This document shows, in pieces, positions 19,348 through 29,498 of a stretch of DNA of 64,000 nucleotides. A program made the position numbers and the translations under genes. Origin of the DNA: Microcoleus sp. (lineage in GTDB: Bacteria > Cyanobacteriota > Cyanobacteriia > Cyanobacteriales > Microcoleaceae); the NCBI GenBank assembly GCA_052279835.1, contig CP181291.1, positions 3,136,001 to 3,200,000 of the forward strand, in the 5' to 3' direction. Numbering within the stretch: position 1 is the first letter of the stretch; the number at the start of each line of letters is the position of its first letter. The notes beneath the pieces were generated by a model that made no database searches, was not told where the DNA came from, and saw only the letters and a list, made by a program, of their open reading frames with translations.

Positions 19348-20451
19348 ATGGACTTAACTACAATCATGGTAGTCGAAGATGAAACTATTATTGGTATGGA
19401 CATTAGAAACAGCTTAAAAAAGTTGGGTTATTCTGTGCCACCCGTAATCGCTACGGGAGAAAAAGCCATCGAAAAAGCCGAACAGCTTCAGCCACATCTA
19501 ATTTTGATGGATATTATGTTGAAAGGCTCCATAGATGGAGTACAGGCTGCCGCAGAAATTAGAAAAAGGTTCAATTTGCCGATCGTCTATTTAACAGCCA
19601 ATACAGATCCGATTACTTTGCAGCGAGCCAAGGAGACACAGCCTTTTGGTTATATCATCAAGCCCTTTGAAGAAAAAGATTTACACACCACGATAGAGAT
19701 TGCTCTGGCTAGGTGTAAAGCCGAAACAGAAATTCGTCGCTCTCTGGAAAAAGAAAAGGAACTCAACGAGCTTAAATCTCGTTTTATCACCATGACTTCC
19801 CACGAATTCCGCACTCCCCTGACTGCAATTCTGGGCTCGGCAGAGTTGTTAGAACATTACGGTAATAAATGGACTCACGAAAAAAAACTTACCTATCTCC
19901 ACCGCATTCAAAATAGCGTTCAGCACTTAGTTCACCTATTGGATGACGTGCTATTAATCGGTCAAGCAGAAGCGGGAAAACTAGATTTTAATCCCTTACC
20001 ATTGGATTTGACCGAATTTTGCAGTAGCTTAGTGGAAGAGTTGGAACTGAGTGCTGGCAGCCAGTATACAATTTCTTTTCAAGCATTAGGCGAATCTACT
20101 CCTGCTTGTATGGATGAAAAACTGCTACGACATATCCTTAGCAATTTGCTCTCGAATGCTGTCAAGTATTCGCCAAATGGCGGTATTATAAAATTCGACC
20201 TCGCTTTTGAGGGTAAACAAGCAAGATTTGAAGTCCAAGATAGAGGAATTGGCATTCCCCCAGAAGATTTACAAGAACTGTTCGATCTATTTCATCGAGC
20301 TAAAAATGTGGGTAAAATCTCTGGAACTGGTTTAGGACTGGCAATTGTGAAAAAAGCGGTAGATTTACACGGCGGTCAGATCTCCGTCACCAGTGAAATA
20401 GGAGTAGGTACTTCATTTACAGTTCAACTTCCCTTAAATAAAGAAATTTAA
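19348..20451 (+). CDS. hybrid receiver-histidine kinase (REC + HisKA + HATPase)
   Basis: 'IMVVEDE...LILMDIML...YIIKPF' receiver; 'TSHEFRTPL', 'NLLSNAVKYS', 'DRGIGI', 'GTGLGL'. Confidence 0.93.
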   Translation: MDLTTIMVVEDETIIGMDIRNSLKKLGYSVPPVIATGEKAIEKAEQLQPHLILMDIMLKGSIDGVQAAAEIRKRFNLPIVYLTANTDPITLQRAKETQPFGYIIKPFEEKDLHTTIEIALARCKAETEIRRSLEKEKELNELKSRFITMTSHEFRTPLTAILGSAELLEHYGNKWTHEKKLTYLHRIQNSVQHLVHLLDDVLLIGQAEAGKLDFNPLPLDLTEFCSSLVEELELSAGSQYTISFQALGESTPACMDEKLLRHILSNLLSNAVKYSPNGGIIKFDLAFEGKQARFEVQDRGIGIPPEDLQELFDLFHRAKNVGKISGTGLGLAIVKKAVDLHGGQISVTSEIGVGTSFTVQLPLNKEI

Positions 20452-20455
20452 ACCT

Positions 20456-21586
20456 ATGACAAAAATTTTGGTGATAGAAGATGAAAACAATATTCGAGAA
20501 ATCCTGATAGAAATACTAAATGCGGAGGATTTTGATACTACAGGGGCAGAAAATGGTCGCATTGGGGTAGAATTAGCACAAGAAATTATACCAGATTTAA
20601 TTATTTGCGATGTGATGATGCCAGAGCTAGACGGTTATGGTGTGATTGCTAATTTGCGGAAAAATCCTGCAACTGAGACAATTCCTTTCATTTTCCTCAC
20701 GGCAAAATCTAGCAAACATGATTTACGTCAAGGCATGGAATTGGGAGCAGATGATTATCTCACTAAACCATTTACCAGAGAAGAATTGTTAGCCACTATC
20801 TCTACTAGATTACAAAAAAAGATGGCTACAGAGCAACGATTACAAGCAAATTTAAATAATTTGCGTAGCAGCATTAACCAGTCCCTTCCTCACGAACTCC
20901 GAACGCCTCTGAATGGAATTTTGGTTTCGGCTGATTTGATTTTGGATAAACGTAATTTGCTGGAACCATCGGAAATTCGAGAGATGGTGGGCTACATCAA
21001 AATTTCTGGTCAACGCTTGTATAGACTGATTCAAAATTATTTGCTATATGCAGAAATGAATTTGGTAGCACTAGATCCAGACCGACTAAAATTGATGCGG
21101 AGCCACCAAACTTTCTCGGCTAAAGCAGTGATTAATTATCAAGGGGTCGAACAAGCAAAAAAAGTCGATCGCGAAAATGATTTGCATTTGAAAATAGAAG
21201 ATGCCACCATTGTGATGTCAGAAGGCCGTTTCGCAAAACTGGTGGAAGAATTGATCGATAATGCCCTAAAATTTTCTGCACCAGGAACTCCTATTGAGGC
21301 GATCGGCACCAATAGCGATGGGATGTTTACTTTGCGCATCACCGATCGCGGAAGGGGTATGACCCTCGCTCAGATTTCCTCCCTGGGAGCCTATACGCAA
21401 TTTGAGCGCAAACTGTACGAACAACAAGGCTGTGGATTAGGACTGGCGATCGCTAAATCTCTAGCAGAGGTCCATGGAGGAGGACTAAGCATCAAAAGTA
21501 TACCTGGTGAAACCACAACAGTTAAAGTTGTTCTGCCGACAGTTCCCCGTATCGATCTAGAGGAAGATGAGGACATGGGAGAGTGA
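20456..21586 (+). CDS. hybrid receiver-histidine kinase (REC + HisKA + HATPase)
   Basis: 'ILVIEDE...IICDVMMPELDG...ADDYLTKPF' receiver; 'PHELRTPLNG', 'DNALKFS', 'GCGLGLAI'. Confidence 0.92.
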   Translation: MTKILVIEDENNIREILIEILNAEDFDTTGAENGRIGVELAQEIIPDLIICDVMMPELDGYGVIANLRKNPATETIPFIFLTAKSSKHDLRQGMELGADDYLTKPFTREELLATISTRLQKKMATEQRLQANLNNLRSSINQSLPHELRTPLNGILVSADLILDKRNLLEPSEIREMVGYIKISGQRLYRLIQNYLLYAEMNLVALDPDRLKLMRSHQTFSAKAVINYQGVEQAKKVDRENDLHLKIEDATIVMSEGRFAKLVEELIDNALKFSAPGTPIEAIGTNSDGMFTLRITDRGRGMTLAQISSLGAYTQFERKLYEQQGCGLGLAIAKSLAEVHGGGLSIKSIPGETTTVKVVLPTVPRIDLEEDEDMGE

Positions 21587-21627
21587 GAGCTTTCCACCGA
21601 TGTGGCATCACCAATCAGCAATCCAAA

Positions 21628-22641
21628 CTAATGAATCACTGCTTCTTTAACTAGGAGCCACTGCATTAAATCTTGCCACTCAGGAGACGTAGCTAATAAA
21701 TCTGCATCCAATTCATTGCCAGAATTTTGATAAAATTCTGTGAAACATTCCGCCCAATCAATGACTGTTTCCACGGGTAAATAAGGAGTATAATTCCAAG
21801 AACGCTGCAAAAACTGTACCATCTCCACGGGATGACCAGTGCGGTGCAAATACCAAGCAATCCAAACTAAGGTACTGTACTTAATTTGCTTTTCCAGCAA
21901 ACGTATTTTATCTGGCAATTCAGGGCTGGCAAAAAAATTGTCCATTACCGCTGCGAGGGATTTAGCCTGGGGTAAACCTTTGTACATGGCACTTTGTTCG
22001 TGCTGGCGGTAGCAAACAGTTATTTGGCGCAGCCAATCTGCTTCGCATCCCATTAAAGCCAAGCGCAGCACTAAATCTGTATCTTCCGCCGGTGGAAATC
22101 GCGGATCGAAGCCACCAGCGAGCTCTAACCAATGGCGGCGAAATATCATCGCGCTGGGCAATACTGGCTTCCACCGGAGCCACATTTCTAAGTCTAATTT
22201 AGGCACATTTTGCCAGGGTTTGACATCTTGAAGTGGCTCGCCTATACTATTAACTAAGCGCCAGCCACTGTGCACTATTCCTAAATTTGGTTGTGCAGCA
22301 AACACCGCCATTTGTGATGCTAATTTTGCGGGAAGAAAGAAGTCATCTGCATCTAAAAAAGCGACAAATTCTCCTCGCGCTAACTTGATGCCGTGATTTC
22401 TGGCAAGGGAAACTCCTTGATTCTGTTGATAAACATAGCGAATTCGACGATCGCCATATTTCTCTAAAACTAATCTGGTATCATCTTTGGAGCCGTCGTC
22501 AACCACAATAATTTCCCAGTCAGTATAGGTTTGGCTCACAACACTATCGACTGCTTGACCGATGTAAGCAGCGCAATTGTAGGCAGGAATTACCACGCTG
22601 ACTTGTGGGGGGCTCGCCAAATCCCTCGTAACATCACTCAT
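21628..22641 (-). CDS. glycosyltransferase family 2
   Basis: 'VSVVIPAYN', 'IVVDDGSKD', 'ARNHG', 'FVAFLDADD', 'AEDTDL'. Confidence 0.92.
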   Translation of the reverse strand: MSDVTRDLASPPQVSVVIPAYNCAAYIGQAVDSVVSQTYTDWEIIVVDDGSKDDTRLVLEKYGDRRIRYVYQQNQGVSLARNHGIKLARGEFVAFLDADDFFLPAKLASQMAVFAAQPNLGIVHSGWRLVNSIGEPLQDVKPWQNVPKLDLEMWLRWKPVLPSAMIFRRHWLELAGGFDPRFPPAEDTDLVLRLALMGCEADWLRQITVCYRQHEQSAMYKGLPQAKSLAAVMDNFFASPELPDKIRLLEKQIKYSTLVWIAWYLHRTGHPVEMVQFLQRSWNYTPYLPVETVIDWAECFTEFYQNSGNELDADLLATSPEWQDLMQWLLVKEAVIH

Positions 22642-22646
22642 ATAGC

Positions 22647-22688
22647 AGAAGGAAGAAGGAAGAAGGAAGAAGGAAGAAGGAAGAAGGG
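22647..22688. repeat. heptamer repeat (AGAAGGA)x6
   Basis: Five exact copies plus one variant copy, immediately upstream of the GT2 start codon. Confidence 0.9.
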
Positions 22689-22870
22689 AAATGCAATCAA
22701 ATCGATGGTTTCAGCAATTAAAAATTTCGTAACTCCCGACAAGGTTTCCATCACTCAGAGTATGAAATCCGCTGGCGTGTTTAATTATAAGCTATTGCAG
22801 GTTCACATCGTACCTTCTCGGCTGGCTGACGTGTGCACCCTCGGATAGTTTCCAGATAGATATCTCAAGA

Positions 22871-24115
22871 TCAAGAATTTGCTAAGGTAAGTCGGTGGGA
22901 ATTGAGTAAATCGTTGTGGCGAACTGCTAGAGGACTGTAATCGCTTTTTGCTTTCAAATACTTGTCCACTACTTGCAAAACTTTTTCTGGCGAAGCCGGC
23001 TTGCTCAAAAAATCGGAAGCACCTGTCAGTTTTGCCCGCGTGCGGTCAACGATACTGTCTTTACCGGTCAAAAATACGATCGGAGTTTCCCGAAAAGCCG
23101 ATGTTTTCCGCAAAAAACTGCATAAAGCAAAGCCTGTTGTCTTCGGCATCAGCACGTCCATAAAAATCAAAGCAGGGTTGTGCTTAGCCAGGAGACTCAC
23201 TCCCTGCATCGGGTCTTGAATTTTCAGGACTCGATAGCCTCCATCCAATAAAACTTGCTCTAAAAATTCGCATACTGTAGGGCTGTCATCGATGCAAGCA
23301 ATCAAAGGGCGACCAGGTTTAGCAATGGCGGCGGCCAAACGCCACTGTTCGATGGGCGATGGCAAATCGGGAACGGTGCGAAAATTAACTAAACCCTGCT
23401 TTATGTAGTTCTGCAAAGCGCGGGTGGCGACGGTAACACATTGCTTTTTTTTAAATGCTATGTCCCACAGAGTATTCTCGCCGTTGAAGACGTTAGCTAG
23501 AGTTAGGAAAGAATTAGAACTAAATCGATTTTTTAATTCCGGCGGTAATCTTAAAAGAGGTGCTTGTTCTGGTTCTACCAACCACAAACTCATTGATTTC
23601 CACTTCTGCCACATTTGTTGTGTAGAATACAAAAATTGCTGTAGGTCTGTTAAAGAGAGTAGCAAAGAAGGGATAACATGAGACACATATTTTTTTGATG
23701 GACGCCACTCTCGCCGCAAATTCGATTGACCCATCAAAGAAAATAATACTTCCGAAAGGCTGGTTTGGACGATCGCCTTAGCTTGTTCCAGGTTCATTTC
23801 ATTTTTGGCAATTCCTTGCTGAAGCAGTTGATATTCCCACAACTCTCCAGCATCAAGACCTCTGAGATCCACTTGAAAGTTGCGACAGTGTTGACCTACA
23901 GCCCTGTACCAACGTCTCGCCCTATGCCATCCTCCAGTCGCATAAACCAGACTGCCTCGAAAAAAGTAGAGTTGCCACTGTTGCTCCCCTTGCTCTAATA
24001 GCAGTTTTCCAGTGGCTTGCTTCTGGCTGAGCACTGCCAGCGTCTGAGACAGCATTTTGTACCCGATTGCTGTAGTACACATATTCACTCGCATCCCCCG
24101 TAGTCCCTTTATCAT
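22871..24115 (-). CDS. PatA-family response regulator (PATAN domain + C-terminal receiver); exact start uncertain
   Basis: N-terminal 'TGKLLL...WQLYFFRGSLVYATGGWHRARRWYR' PATAN pattern; C-terminal receiver 'IACIDDSP...LIFMDVLMP...DFLSKP'. Confidence 0.88.
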   Translation of the reverse strand: MIKGLRGMRVNMCTTAIGYKMLSQTLAVLSQKQATGKLLLEQGEQQWQLYFFRGSLVYATGGWHRARRWYRAVGQHCRNFQVDLRGLDAGELWEYQLLQQGIAKNEMNLEQAKAIVQTSLSEVLFSLMGQSNLRREWRPSKKYVSHVIPSLLLSLTDLQQFLYSTQQMWQKWKSMSLWLVEPEQAPLLRLPPELKNRFSSNSFLTLANVFNGENTLWDIAFKKKQCVTVATRALQNYIKQGLVNFRTVPDLPSPIEQWRLAAAIAKPGRPLIACIDDSPTVCEFLEQVLLDGGYRVLKIQDPMQGVSLLAKHNPALIFMDVLMPKTTGFALCSFLRKTSAFRETPIVFLTGKDSIVDRTRAKLTGASDFLSKPASPEKVLQVVDKYLKAKSDYSPLAVRHNDLLNSHRLTLANS

Positions 24116-24256
24116 ATTTTACAACTTTTGAGAAGTCGGGACAAACAGTAATATTACTGAGTTTTTGTGAATATTAATACTCTACCTCTATCCGCAACTT
24201 GTGGCTTGTTGGTTATTACTTGTTGCGGGTTGGTGCTGCTACAAGTGTGCAATTTA

Positions 24257-24484
24257 CTATTCACAATTATCTGGGGGCGGTACGGGGTCATACCCCCCAG
24301 GATGCAGAGGTTGACAACGCAAAATCCGCTGAATTGCCATGGAACCACCGCGGGCAACTCCAAATCTTTCTATTGCTTCGATCGCATATTGAGAACAAGT
24401 TGGGTAAAATCTACAGGCGTTGGGTAAGTAAGGGGAAATTCCGATTTTGTAGCCTTGTATTAATCCGATTACCAATATTTTCAT
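24257..24484 (-). CDS. yidD: membrane protein insertion efficiency factor YidD
   Basis: From ATG 24484: '[42 protein letters not shown]...[17 protein letters not shown]'. Confidence 0.92.
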   Translation of the reverse strand: MKILVIGLIQGYKIGISPYLPNACRFYPTCSQYAIEAIERFGVARGGSMAIQRILRCQPLHPGGYDPVPPPDNCE

Positions 24485-24515
24485 CTCGATATTTATTATT
24501 TGGTGTGTGCGATCG

Positions 24516-25439
24516 TTAAAAGACAATTTGAGGAGCCAAAATCTTGTTTGTATCTGACTCAACTACTTGACCGATACCCAAAAACTGACCATCTTCATGA
24601 TAAACCTGCAACGGAGAAGATAAGGCAATGGAGGTATTTTTTGCAGATTGCCTACTTTCAATAATTTCTGCTATCGGGAGGCGTTGACCTTGAAACCAGC
24701 GTTTGGCATATTCAGGAGAAAGGACGATCGGCCCTAAATGGGCCAAAACCTCTGACGGTAAAATGGGGGAGAATAAATTCTCATGCAATTGCATTTCTAA
24801 TTGTGCAAAACTGAGACTTTGTTCGATCGCAAAACCGCTACTTTCAGTACGAGTCAAACGAGCTAAAGTGCCACCTACATTCAACATAGCACCCAAATCG
24901 CGAGCGATCGCCCGAATATAAGTACCAGCCCCACAGGAAATCGCCAAATCCAATTCAGGAAAATCCCCAGGCCGCCAATCCAAAACTTCCAGGCTAAACA
25001 CCTCTACTTTCCTAGCAGGAACTTCCACAGTTTCGCCCTTCCTAGCCAACTCATAAAGGCGTTTTCCTCCCACCTGAATGGCACTAAAACTAGGTGGAAA
25101 CTGCTCTATTTTTCCGATAAAATTGGGCAGTTGAGTTTGCACTTCTTCTAAACTTAAATCCGGTGCTGGTTGAGAAGTCAGGATTTCTCCTTCCAAATCA
25201 TCCGTAGCAGTAGTTAAGCCAAACCGAATCGTACCTTTATAAGCTTTATGATGTTGGAGAAATTGTAACAGCCTGGTTGCCTTGCCCAGGGCGATCGGCA
25301 AAACCCCAGTCACAGCAGGATCGAGGGTTCCTCCATGTCCGACTCGCTTGAGTTGCAAGAGGCGACGGACTCTCCCCACGCAGTCGTGGGAAGTCATGCC
25401 GGCTGGTTTATTTAAATTCAGAAAACCTTCAAAAGTCAT
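24516..25439 (-). CDS. truB: tRNA pseudouridine(55) synthase
   Basis: '[11 protein letters not shown]', 'VGHGGTLDP', '[19 protein letters not shown]', '[15 protein letters not shown]'. Confidence 0.96.
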   Translation of the reverse strand: MTFEGFLNLNKPAGMTSHDCVGRVRRLLQLKRVGHGGTLDPAVTGVLPIALGKATRLLQFLQHHKAYKGTIRFGLTTATDDLEGEILTSQPAPDLSLEEVQTQLPNFIGKIEQFPPSFSAIQVGGKRLYELARKGETVEVPARKVEVFSLEVLDWRPGDFPELDLAISCGAGTYIRAIARDLGAMLNVGGTLARLTRTESSGFAIEQSLSFAQLEMQLHENLFSPILPSEVLAHLGPIVLSPEYAKRWFQGQRLPIAEIIESRQSAKNTSIALSSPLQVYHEDGQFLGIGQVVESDTNKILAPQIVF

Positions 25440-25503
25440 TGGTTATTGGTTATTGGTTATTGGTTATTGGTTATTTGTTAACTAATAACCAATAAATAAC
25501 AAA
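25440..25503. repeat. STRR-type heptamers (TGGTTAT)n followed by degenerate inverted copies
   Basis: About five TGGTTAT units at 25440-25474, then AACTAATAACCAATAAATAAC. Fills the gap between the RTX-like gene stop and the truB ATG. Confidence 0.85.
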
Positions 25504-26259
25504 TTAAAGAATGAAGTCAGCCTGACTAATAGAAGTGCGGGGAACTCCGAACAGAGTAGCCAGAGTTTCCTTAGTGCTGGTAAGCTGAATAATTGTACTT
25601 GGCGTAGTTCCGCTAGTACCAGCGACAATTGTGAGTTCGGCAAAAGTAAGACCGGCGGCCAAGCGAATGCGATCGCTACCATCAGTAAAATCTGTAATCA
25701 AATCCGATTCTGACGAAAAACTCAGCGCAAAGGTATCATTTCCCAGCCCCCCAGTTAAAGTATCTCTACCTTTATCGCCGGAAAGACTATCATCACCAGC
25801 ACCCCCAAACAAAGAGTCATCGCCAGAACCCCCAAAAAAGGTGTCATTGCCCGCGCCTCCCAACAAAGTATCGTTGTCTTGGTTGCCAAATAGCAAGTCA
25901 TTGCCATCATCTCCAGTTTGGGAATCAGCACCTTTGCCACCATAAAGAGTGTCGTCGCCTTCATTACCCAACATAGTATCGCGACCCGCACCGCCGAACA
26001 GACAGTCATTGCCAGCGTCGCCGCGGATGGAGTCGTCGCCGTCTTCGCCGTAGATGAGATCGTTACCTGCTAAGCCAAAAATTGTATCCGGGCCTCCCAA
26101 ACCGAAAATAGTATCAACGCCGCTAGTACCCGTGAGGGAATCTGGGCCAGAGGTGCCAATCTTGCCAATCCGGGACACTGTTGTACCACCGGGGGTGGGG
26201 GTGGGGGTTGGGGTTGGGGTAGGTTTGGGAATTGGTTTCAAAGGGGCTGCTGGTGGCAT
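25504..26259 (-). CDS. RTX-type calcium-binding repeat protein with N-terminal Pro/Thr linker
   Basis: More than a dozen GGxGxDxL-type nonapeptides; 'DLITDFTDGSDRIRL' and C-terminal 'ADFIL'. Confidence 0.88.
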   Translation of the reverse strand: MPPAAPLKPIPKPTPTPTPTPTPGGTTVSRIGKIGTSGPDSLTGTSGVDTIFGLGGPDTIFGLAGNDLIYGEDGDDSIRGDAGNDCLFGGAGRDTMLGNEGDDTLYGGKGADSQTGDDGNDLLFGNQDNDTLLGGAGNDTFFGGSGDDSLFGGAGDDSLSGDKGRDTLTGGLGNDTFALSFSSESDLITDFTDGSDRIRLAAGLTFAELTIVAGTSGTTPSTIIQLTSTKETLATLFGVPRTSISQADFIL

Positions 26260-26369
26260 TGTTTGACCCTGGGTAATTAGATAAAAATTTGCACTTCTAA
26301 CTTACCCAATTTCTAACAAAATACCTAGATCTTAAGGGCGATCGGATTTTTGATTGCTTCATGGCCAGC

Positions 26370-28103
26370 TTACCGCGGAACAGGACTCGGCTGAGGTTGA
26401 GGAGTTGGGGGTATAGAGGCGGGGCGACTCGGCGGTGGGGGACTGTTGACTAACTGTTGCAATTGCTGCGACGTGAGCGATCGCAAAATTCTCAGCCCTA
26501 GGGATTCTCTGGAGATGCTTTGAGCGTAGGAGGATTCGATATAGGGACGGAATTGGGACTGGTTGTTCAAATAGCTTTCCATGAAAGCAAGGCTGAGTCC
26601 GTTGAGGTAGCGACGGGCTAAGGCGGGTTCTGGTCCGATGACATCGGGAGGTGGAATAAAGATGCTTTGAGGGGATTGGTCGATGGTGGAGAAGTGAGTG
26701 CCGTTTTTCATTAATACCAGATATTTGTTGGGCGATGTCAACCAAGTGAAAGGTTGAATTTGTTCGACCAAAGCGGGGGCGACTGTATCGGCGCTGCCTG
26801 CGATTACCATGACTGGAATTTGAATTTTACTGAGACTGGTTTCTCCCAGAATGCTGCTGCTAATCGGGTTAACGGCGATCGCAGCTTTGATGCGCGGATC
26901 GCCGAAATTGTACTCTAGGCGGTCCAATCCACGGGCGCGGCACTGCAAAAGTAGTGAGATGTTCCAAGTGTCGTTTTCTAGCCGACAGTCTTTGTCTAGC
27001 TGTGCCAAATTCATGGGTGCCCCGGCTAAGGCCAAAGCGGTGTAACCGCCGAAAGATTGGCCGATGATGCCGACTCGCTGCAAGTCTAATTGCCCTCGGT
27101 AAGTTGGATTGCTTACAGACAGGCTGGTTAAATAATCTAGCAAGTCTTTGACATCCAGGGGTCGATTGACAAATTCTGCTGGTCCTACTACTTCGTTGGC
27201 TTTGCCTGTGATTAAGTCTTGCAGTTGTTTGGCGTTACTGCCGGGGTGTTCGGGGACGGCGACGGCAAAGCCGTAGGAGGCTAGGTGTTTGGCTAAATAC
27301 TCAAAGGAAGTGCGATCGGAACCCAAACCGTGGGAAATTACGACTACTGGGGCTGGTCGAGGGCTACCTTGGGGCAGATAGATGTCGATGGGAAAGGTGC
27401 GATCGCGATTGGGATTTTTCAGAGTTACCGATGATTTTTTCCAGGTATAGGGGCCTGGTATTTGGGGCTGTAGTATTTGGGCGGGGGGAATTTCCGGTTC
27501 TGACACTGCTTGTTCTTCCGACAATTTGGCGACTCCTTCGATCGCCCGATTGGAACGGTTGATCAGCGTCGTCAGTTCGTTGGCGATGCCCAAGCCACGA
27601 GAGATGTCAATCCTGATCCCGTAGGTGGGAAATTTCCGTAACACGTTGACAATTGTGACACCTTCTGGGTCTGATGCCGCTAAAATTAAGGCAGCTCGAA
27701 TCGCGTAAAATCCAGGCTGTCGAGCTTTCGTCTGAATTACTCTACCCAAGCGCTCCAGCAGTAATTCTCCTTGGTCTGTGTAGAGGAATTGGGCGATCGT
27801 CACCGGGCTGATTTCAGCACGAGCTTGCAAGGCGCTCTGAATCTGGGCTAGCTGTTCTGGTTTGGCATATTGAGCGAAGCCGTCTAAGTTGGAGTCTATT
27901 TTGCCTTCTGTGGCGAACAGTGCCAGGGAGTCGATCGGAACTGAGACTTCTAGTGGGCCGTAAGTTACGTAAATCCGCTCGGCTGCGATCGCAGGTGTGG
28001 CGGTGCAAACAGCCGTAAATGCAAACAATCCTAGGTATTTTTGGATGCCAGAGAGCCGAGTGCGATCGGCACCAGGGGATGGACTCGGAAACAGAAAGTT
28101 CAT
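26370..28103 (-). CDS. DUF1400-type alpha/beta hydrolase
   Basis: Signal-like N-terminus, 'AAERIYVTYGPLE', 'VVISHGLGS', nucleophile elbow 'GQSFGG', 'NGTHFS'. Confidence 0.88.
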   Translation of the reverse strand: MNFLFPSPSPGADRTRLSGIQKYLGLFAFTAVCTATPAIAAERIYVTYGPLEVSVPIDSLALFATEGKIDSNLDGFAQYAKPEQLAQIQSALQARAEISPVTIAQFLYTDQGELLLERLGRVIQTKARQPGFYAIRAALILAASDPEGVTIVNVLRKFPTYGIRIDISRGLGIANELTTLINRSNRAIEGVAKLSEEQAVSEPEIPPAQILQPQIPGPYTWKKSSVTLKNPNRDRTFPIDIYLPQGSPRPAPVVVISHGLGSDRTSFEYLAKHLASYGFAVAVPEHPGSNAKQLQDLITGKANEVVGPAEFVNRPLDVKDLLDYLTSLSVSNPTYRGQLDLQRVGIIGQSFGGYTALALAGAPMNLAQLDKDCRLENDTWNISLLLQCRARGLDRLEYNFGDPRIKAAIAVNPISSSILGETSLSKIQIPVMVIAGSADTVAPALVEQIQPFTWLTSPNKYLVLMKNGTHFSTIDQSPQSIFIPPPDVIGPEPALARRYLNGLSLAFMESYLNNQSQFRPYIESSYAQSISRESLGLRILRSLTSQQLQQLVNSPPPPSRPASIPPTPQPQPSPVPR

Positions 28104-28377
28104 AACTTTTATACCCAGGACTTCTAATAATTAGTCGATCAAACAGTCTATATTGTTTCACCAATATTTAATAGGGAAAAATCGATCGGTTTCCCATAAA
28201 TTTAGGTTATGGTGTAAAACATCACCCTAAATCACATTTTTGCTTTAACAACCCTAGCTTCCTTTTCCTATTCAATGTCTTGATGTTAAGCCTGCTAACA
28301 TCCCAATTAATTATTTTTGCCATCATGTTTAGATATCTGCGATCGCATCTGTAAGTAAAGTTTGAGTGAGAGAATTT

Positions 28378-29361
28378 ATGATGTTCAATGCCACCGCTAT
28401 CCTGATAGACGCTTTTGTTCAAGAGCTACAGGCTGGCTATCGCCGTACCTACGGCAAATACAAGCCAGACTACCCAGAAATCATCGCCTGGGCTGGGACA
28501 ATGGCTCTGGAAAATATCGCTAACTGTGATGCTCTATACCACAACGTAGAACATACTATGCTCGTAGCCCTAGTCGGACAAGAAATTCTCCGGGGCAAGC
28601 ATATTCGTGAGGGGGGAGTGTCGCCGGAAGATTGGCTGCACTACCTCATATCCCTACTGTGCCACGATATCGGCTACATCAAAGGCGTTTGTCGCCAAGA
28701 CCAAGAAGCTGTTGGTCTTTATGCAACGGGTATTGACGGCGGCATGGTGTCCGTACCCATTGGCGCAACTTCCGCCAGTTTAACTCCTTATCATGTCGAT
28801 CGGGGCAAACTGGTAATTGACGAACGCTTCGGCGGCCACACACTAATTGATGCCGAACAAATCAAACGCAATATTGAATTGACTCGCTTTCCAGTTCCTG
28901 CAAGCGAAACCCATCAAGACAGAAACAATTATTCGGGACTGGCGCGAGCCGCAGATTTAATTGGTCAATTGAGCGACCCCAATTACCTGCGAAAAATTAG
29001 TGCCCTGTTCTACGAATTTGAAGAAGTCGGCACTAATAAAATTTTAGGTTACAAATCTCCGGGGGATTTGCGACAAAACTATGCCAAATTTTATTGGAAT
29101 GGAGTGTTTCCCTACATTCCGGCCGCTCTCAACTATTTAGACTTAACCCAAGGCGGAAAACAGATTGTTGCCAACCTCTACGCTAATGTGTTTCAGGTAG
29201 AACACGCTGAACCCCTCGCTTTCACCAAAGTCAACTCTCAAGATTTGCTCAAATCTCGTGGAAAAGGCAATTTAAAGGGAGAAAAAGATGCGGAAAATTT
29301 AGTGTTTTCCATTTCCGGAGAAACCAAGAAATTTAACGAATTTCCCGATCTAAATCTCTAA
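28378..29361 (+). CDS. HD-domain metal-dependent phosphohydrolase (cyanobacterial Npun_R2479-like)
   Basis: 'LYHNVEHT', 'LCHDIGY', 'YHVDRG', 'AADLIGQ'. Confidence 0.82.
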   Translation: MMFNATAILIDAFVQELQAGYRRTYGKYKPDYPEIIAWAGTMALENIANCDALYHNVEHTMLVALVGQEILRGKHIREGGVSPEDWLHYLISLLCHDIGYIKGVCRQDQEAVGLYATGIDGGMVSVPIGATSASLTPYHVDRGKLVIDERFGGHTLIDAEQIKRNIELTRFPVPASETHQDRNNYSGLARAADLIGQLSDPNYLRKISALFYEFEEVGTNKILGYKSPGDLRQNYAKFYWNGVFPYIPAALNYLDLTQGGKQIVANLYANVFQVEHAEPLAFTKVNSQDLLKSRGKGNLKGEKDAENLVFSISGETKKFNEFPDLNL

Positions 29362-29498
29362 TCAGATCGCAGCATTAACACTGACGAAAATCCAGGGAGC
29401 CAGAATTAGGATTAAAAAATATTAACCTAGTTGCTGACTCTTTTTGTTTGAGGTAAAATAGAGTTAATAACTCGTTGTTTGTTAGGGAGAGCTATCTG

